Shown: positions 25,970 through 31,446 of the stretch, one piece after another | Position numbering within the stretch: position 1 is the first letter of the stretch | Layout: each line of letters opens with the position of its first letter | Assembly (NCBI GenBank): GCA_963801355.1 | Contig: CAWDEM010000006.1 | Span: 1-31,446, forward strand | From: Ignavibacteriota bacterium | GTDB taxonomy: Bacteria; Bacteroidota; Ignavibacteria; UBA10030; UBA6906 | Direction: 5' to 3' | Length of the DNA: 31,446 bases | The notes under the pieces: model-generated | The model's input: only the letters and a program-made list of their open reading frames with translations | What the model was told of the DNA's origin: nothing | Database searches by the model: none | Position numbers and translations under genes: made by a program

Positions 25970-28527
25970 CTAGGATGCTTCATCGTCATCTGCCGTGTGA
26001 GGGTGATAAGCATGCCCGTTCCCATTGTTCTGACGGTAGTAGGAATGCCTGCTGTCATAATGACCATATCTGTGGCTCCCGTAGTACCCTCCGTATGCAC
26101 TCTTTGGGTCGAATCGGTTCAGCACAACACCCAGGAGCGTCGCTCCTGTATCGTTGAGCACATTGCAGACCGTTCGAGAGCTGCTTCATCGTCATCTGCC
26201 GTGTGAGGGTGGTAAGAATGCCCGTTGCCATTGTGCTGACGGTAGTAGGAATGCCTGTTGTCATAATGACCATATCTGTGGCTCCCATAGTACACTCCAT
26301 ACGCGTTCTTCGGATCGAATCGGTTCAGCACAACACCCAGGAGTTTCGCTCCTGCATCGTTGAGCACCATTGCAGCCCGTTCAAGAGCCTCAAGACGCGT
26401 CACGCCGGATTCTACAACAAGCAACGTGCCGTCAAGATTGGACGCAAGCACCGGTGCATCGTTTACGACTAGCACGGGCGGAGCATCAATCAGTATCCAT
26501 GCGTACCGGTTACGCAGCGCCAACAACGCCTCAGTCGTTTGAATATGTCCGAAAAAGCGGGACGGACGCCGCACTGGAGTGCCGCATGTCATGACATCCA
26601 GATTCGGTATAACATCATGGTGAATTGCCGATTCGTCGGACTTATCTCCCGTCACGAAGTCTGTGAACCCGGGCGATCTTTCCAGCCCAAGAAGCGTGTG
26701 AATTGTCGGACACCTGAGATCTGTGTCAATCACCAACACCCGCCGATTGGTGTCCGCAATGGAGATTGCCAGGTTGAGCAACGTCGTGGACTTTCCCTCC
26801 TGAGGGCTCGGACTGCTCACCAACAGCGTTTTCGTCGGATGTTGTGTCTGCATACGGACGAGACTCGCCCGCAGCCGGCGATACCCCTCTGCAGTAAACG
26901 ATAGGGGGTGGAAGACAAGCTTGACCTGAGGTGAAAATGATTTGGCCTCCTTCGGAAGAGATCCATTGAATCTGAGCATCTTCATCTCTTTATCCATCAC
27001 CGCAATTTCCGAAAGAGCAACAAAACCATGACGCTTCAGCTGCTCGGGAGTGCGAACACGCACATCGACCGCTTCACGCACAAACACCACACCGGTTGCG
27101 AGCCCAAGTCCGACCAACAACCCGAGAATGGTGTTCAACAGCAAAGACGAGCGTCCCTTTGATCCTTCGGGTGTTGCCCTGTCAACGATGTCTGCGTAGC
27201 CAAAATCTGATTTTTCGGTGATTGCCGCTTCGTTGTACTTCTCTTCGACAAGGCTGTAGAGCTTTTCGGTGCTCAATCGCTCTCTCTGCACACGTGCAAG
27301 TTCAAGGCTCTGCCGTGGGATCTTGCGAAACTTGGCTTCCGATCCGGCAATAATCCTCCCGAGTGCAGCCCGTCGTGACTGGAGTGTCGCAAGTTCGATC
27401 TTCGTTTGCAGTATCTGCTGGCGCAATCCTCTGATGTAGTCCAGCGGATCTGCCTGGGAACCTGTGGTTCCACTTCCCGCCGCTCCCCAGATCATATCGT
27501 TTGTCCGCTTGCGCAGGTTTTCACGCAGCAGGGCTATCTGGTCGTTGAGCTGCTTCAGTTTGGCTTGATTGACTCCTTGCCTTAATACAGCCGGATCGTT
27601 CTGCGCGATCGTGACATCGCTCTGCACCTCGAGCTCGGCGAGCTGTTCGCCGAGACGCTTGATATAGGGATCGGTCGCCTGCCCCACCGCGTTGGCAGCC
27701 GACGATTCTTGCTGTGGGAGTTCGGTTTGCAGTGAACTGAGCTTTCTCTGTAAACCCTCACTTTCAATGCTCAGACTATTCCGCGTTGCCTCAAGCTGCG
27801 AAAGTTCCTGCACAAGCCGGTTGGATTCGACGTCAAGCGACACAACGCCGCTCGACTCCATGAACGCCTTGACAGCACCTTCCGTTTGCCGAAGCTGCGA
27901 TCGCTGGTCAGCCAATCTGCTCTCAAGAAATTCCCGCACCGAACGCGACCGCGAGCGGCTCTGCTGCATCACCTGGTCGAGGTATGCATCCGCATAGGCG
28001 TTTGCCACATTGGCTGCCTCACGCGGATCGGAGCTGGATGCGACAATCCTGATCACATCGGATTCCTTCTCGGGGAGGAACGACACCGATTTCTGAATGC
28101 GATCAGTGACAGTGTCTACGTTCGCGTACGTCCTTGGCGCACCCTCCTCTGATTCACGAAGAAGGATCGGCATCACCTCGGTGTGCGTGGAATCAAGGTA
28201 CCGAGAACTGAGGAGCTGAACCGCTACCTTGCGGGCCAGTCCACGCGCCTTCAGGATGGCAATTTCGTTAGTGAGCTTGTTGATGCCCGGATCAAAACCC
28301 TGTGCAAAGGGGTTCGCTTGCTGGCCGGCTTTGGAGTTGATCAGGACAATGGTCGTCCCTTCGCAGGTCGGGGGCTTCTGAAGCGTCCAGACTGCCGAGA
28401 GTGCCATCGTGGCTAAAGAGCCAATCAGGATAACCCACTTGTTCCGGGAGAGAATAGCAGCTAGATCACGGAAACGTGGCTCCTGATCCGGACCTGACTC
28501 TTCTTCTTGATGATCGTATGATATCAT
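25970..28527 (-). CDS. wzc: Polysaccharide co-polymerase / tyrosine autokinase (copy 2) with duplicated C-terminal tail
   Basis: Colinear with copy 1; SSPSPQEGKST, IDTDLR, LIDAPP. As read the ORF stops at 26119; restoring one base near 26160 extends it to 25970. Confidence 0.9.
25976..26388. repeat. Tandem duplication of 207 bp (69 codons)
   Basis: 25976-26181 (206 bp) versus 26182-26388 (207 bp); about 18 substitutions plus one indel by manual alignment. Confidence 0.95.
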
Positions 28528-28752
28528 AAGGTTGGGCCTTGAACCACATCTCTTCTCCCCGGGAAGGGGAGGAAAGACGTGAGAAGTCCAAAAATAGGCA
28601 CAAGGATGCTTACATCCCTGGCGCCATTAGTATGCCAGAAATCGCGGGCCCATATGCTCAAGGAACCGGGCCCTATGAGACCAAAGATATGAAATTTTGG
28701 AAACAAAAGTTTCGCCTCTAGAAACAACAGTTGTGATTCCTGGGGTTTCTTC

Positions 28753-29336
28753 TCATCTAAATATCGCCTTTATCGTGCGAAATACAATGAGCATGTCCGC
28801 CCACGCAGACTTTTCGCGCCCATACTTCAGCTCGATTTCAAGTTTGTGAGGGAGGATTTCCTGGATGTACATCTCTTCGGCATTTGGGCCGGTAAGGAGC
28901 GCGGACTCATTACGGTAAAGAAGCGACGCAGGACTCGTGATACCAGGACGCACGTCAAGCACTTTCCGTTGCTCCGCGGAGTATGATGCAACGTATTGGG
29001 GTCTTCGGGACGCGGGCCCACAAAGCTCATGTCGCCGCGCAATACATTGAGCAGTTGTGGGAGCTCATCGAACTTCGTGCGGCGCAACAAGCGTCCGATA
29101 GGCGTGATGCGGCTATCTGCGCTGGTGGTAAGACCCATCCCCTGCGCATCCGCATCCACAACCATCGTGCGGAACTTGAAGAGGGAGAATTCCCTCCCCC
29201 ATCTGCCCACACGTCGCGCCCGGTATAATGCCGGACCACCATCGTGAAGCCGCACAAGTAGACCAAGGAAGAGCAACAACGGCAGGAGCACTAGTGTGCC
29301 CAGAAAGGCGAGCAGTATTTCTATGCTTCTTGGCAT
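28753..29336 (-). CDS. Bacterial sugar transferase (priming phosphoglycosyl transferase); frameshift near 28990
   Basis: FKFRTM, DSRITPIGRLLRRTKFDELPQLLNVLRGDMSFVGPRPE, VRPGITSPASL. Confidence 0.92.
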
Positions 29337-29364
29337 TCTCTCACGCGGTACCAGAGTACCGTTG

Positions 29365-30335
29365 TCAATCGGTCCGCACTTCTGATGCCCACTCCCGGTT
29401 CGTGAAATACCAGTCTACGAGATTCTTCACCCCTTCTTGGAATGACGTCTTTGGCTCCCAGTGCAGTCGTGTGCGGGCAACCGTGATATCCGCCCAGGTT
29501 GCCATGACATCCGCGGCGTGCAAGGTACGGTGAACCCTCTGTGCACGTTTGCCGATCAGTTCTTCGATCAAGACAATTGCATCGTTCAACACCACCGGTG
29601 TGTCCGAACCAAGGTTGACGATGTTGTATCCGGGGAGATCCAGGCGGCGATCGTCCCACGGGCGATGTCATCAACGTAGGTAAAATCCCGCGATTGCGAT
29701 CCGTCACCGTACACCGTTACGGGTCGACCCTCGGCAATCCATTGCACAAAGCGGAAAAGACTCATATCCGGGCGTCCCGCCGGCCCATACACAGTAAAAT
29801 ACCGCGGGATGGCTACATTGATGCCATAGAGATGATGGTAGGTATGGCACAGTGCTTCCGCTCCCTTCTTCGAGGCTGCATAGGGGGAGAGAGGCCTGTT
29901 TGTATCGGCATCTTCTTTGAACGGACGGGGATTGTGCGCCCCATAGAGGCTCGACGTGGACGCCAGCAAGAATCTCTTCACACCAAACTCTTTGCAGAGT
30001 TCGAGTAATGTGACTGTCCCTGTCATGTTCGTCTCAACATACACCCAGGGATTTTCAACCGATTGCCGGACACCGGCGCGGGCCGCAAGATTGAACACCC
30101 CTGCAGGTGTTCGGGCAAACAGCGGTCGAAGCGCCGTGCGGTCACTGATATCACATTGCGAAAACTCGAACCCGTTCAATCGATGCAAATTGCGCAACCG
30201 CCACTCCTTGAGCCTCACATCATAGGCGTCGTTCATATTGTCGACACCAAGCACGGTATGTCCGGCCTGCAGCAGTTGTTCGCTCACTTTGGAAGCAATG
30301 AATCCGGCCGCGCCGGTGACAATATAGGTCGACAT
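29365..30335 (-). CDS. NAD-dependent epimerase/dehydratase (UDP-glucuronate 4-epimerase-like); frameshifts near 3' end
   Basis: VTGAAGFIAS, LAARAGVRQS, ASTSSLYG, YAASK, RYFTVYGPAGRPDM, RDFTYVDD. Confidence 0.9.
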
Positions 30336-30358
30336 GTGGTTGCTCGGTTGTGGAGGAA

Positions 30359-31446
30359 TCAACGACGGTGTTTGTTGACAATGCCGGCGACAGCATCTAT
30401 CACGCGATCGACATCTGTATCCGACATCCGTGAGTAGATCGGAAGCGAGACTTCCCTCAAGAACTCACGGTAGGCAACCGGAAAGGCCTCAGGCGTGAAC
30501 CCAAACTCGTCGCGGTAGTAAGGATGGCAATGCAGAGGAATAAAATGCACGCTCGCCCCGATGCCGCGTTCTTTGAACTCCAGCATGAACCCCGCACGGC
30601 CGATGGTGAGTTGGTCCAAATGCAGACGGATCATGTAGAGGTGCCAGGCATGTTCGCAGCCGGGGTCATCGTGAGGCAATTGAAGTTCGGACATAGAGCG
30701 GAATGCTTCATTGTAGCGCATCGCAATCTGCTTCCGACGCGCCCGCATCCTTTCTGCCTTTCGGAGTTGAGCAAGACCCATCGCCGCCGCCACATCTGTC
30801 ATATTGTATTTGTAGCCGGGAGCAATGATTTCGTAGTACCAGTTCCCTTCTGCGCTGTAACGTTTCCACGCATCCTTGCTGATGCCATGAAGCGACATGA
30901 TCCGGCAACGGTCAGCCCATTCGTCGTTGTCGGTGGTGATCATCCCCCCTTCGCCGGTTGTGATGGACTTGGTCGCATAGAAACTGAAAGTGGTGAACTC
31001 GCTGAGAGAGCCGACTTTTCTCCCGTGGTACGATGCGGGAAATGCGTGTGCAGCATCTTCGATCAGCGGAATATTACGTGCACTGACGACATTCCGCACG
31101 GCATCAATATCCACAGGAAGTCCGGCCAGGTGCACCGGAATAATCGCTTTGACTTTTGGTGTCAGCGCTGCTTCAATCAGAGCTGGATTGATATTCAGGG
31201 TATCTTCTTTGACATCCACAAACACAGGGCGTGCGTCAAAATAACGAATCACTTCCGCCGTGGCTGCAAACGTGTAAGGAGTTGTGATCACATCATCGCC
31301 CCTCTTGACGCCTACGGCTTCAAGAGCGAGGTGCATGGCGGCAGTACAGGAGTTCACGGCAATCCCATGCTTAGAGCCGACCGCGGCCGCAAACTCGGTC
31401 TCGAATTGCTTCACCTTGGGTCCAGTGGTCACCCAACCTGAAGCCA
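30359..31446 (-). CDS. DegT/DnrJ/EryC1/StrS PLP-dependent sugar aminotransferase (5' end outside the window)
   Basis: NSCTAAMHLAL, IEDAAHA, FSFYATKSITTGEGG, GYKYNMTD, SLPIY. Confidence 0.93.
   Translation of the reverse strand, partial: ASGWVTTGPKVKQFETEFAAAVGSKHGIAVNSCTAAMHLALEAVGVKRGDDVITTPYTFAATAEVIRYFDARPVFVDVKEDTLNINPALIEAALTPKVKAIIPVHLAGLPVDIDAVRNVVSARNIPLIEDAAHAFPASYHGRKVGSLSEFTTFSFYATKSITTGEGGMITTDNDEWADRCRIMSLHGISKDAWKRYSAEGNWYYEIIAPGYKYNMTDVAAAMGLAQLRKAERMRARRKQIAMRYNEAFRSMSELQLPHDDPGCEHAWHLYMIRLHLDQLTIGRAGFMLEFKERGIGASVHFIPLHCHPYYRDEFGFTPEAFPVAYREFLREVSLPIYSRMSDTDVDRVIDAVAGIVNKHRR

Noticed and set aside
25976-26388. Duplicate as a diversity-generating retroelement TR/VR pair
   Set aside because: The differences are not adenine-specific, many are synonymous, and no reverse transcriptase is present.
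28524-28750. Small ORFs and an AAAAATAGGCACAAGG match to the 8113 heptamer arm
   Set aside because: A single short match with no array; the ORFs lack support, and the region is more likely a wzc2 leader or promoter.
67-30335. Frameshifts in many genes read as pseudogenes or programmed frameshifting
   Set aside because: They are scattered across unrelated housekeeping genes with intact catalytic motifs, several at short homopolymers; sequencing indel error is the simplest explanation. Only upxY2 is called a pseudogene.

Overview
Bacterial chromosomal segment, most likely Bacteroidota/Ignavibacteria-like (inference: UpxY-type NusG paralog, TIGR03545/03546 pair, signal peptides followed by Gln). 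Single-base indels split many housekeeping genes, as expected of an unpolished long-read assembly. Left half (1-14.5 kb): OsmC-rhodanese-DUF302 operon; thioesterase-Ser/Thr kinase-NTPase operon; ggt-TIGR03546-TIGR03545; and a minus-strand operon mutT-mutY-ogg (a complete 8-oxoG repair set using an Ogg2-type glycosylase), continuing into a saccharopine dehydrogenase, an amidase and two membrane proteins. Middle: an output-less REC-PAS-PAS protein and a lone phage-type replication-initiator-like gene followed by 33-bp-spaced repeats, a 75-nt G-free tract and a perfect DnaA box. Right half: a polysaccharide locus in which a wzc-SLBB-upxY cassette is present twice in convergent orientation. The second upxY is a hidden pseudogene, and the second wzc has a tandem duplication of its 69-codon tyrosine-cluster tail. 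An IS1634 and an IS630 sit abutting at one CTAG site between the two arms. A sugar transferase, an epimerase and a DegT aminotransferase lie upstream of the second wzc. All family calls come from motif recognition; no searches were run.
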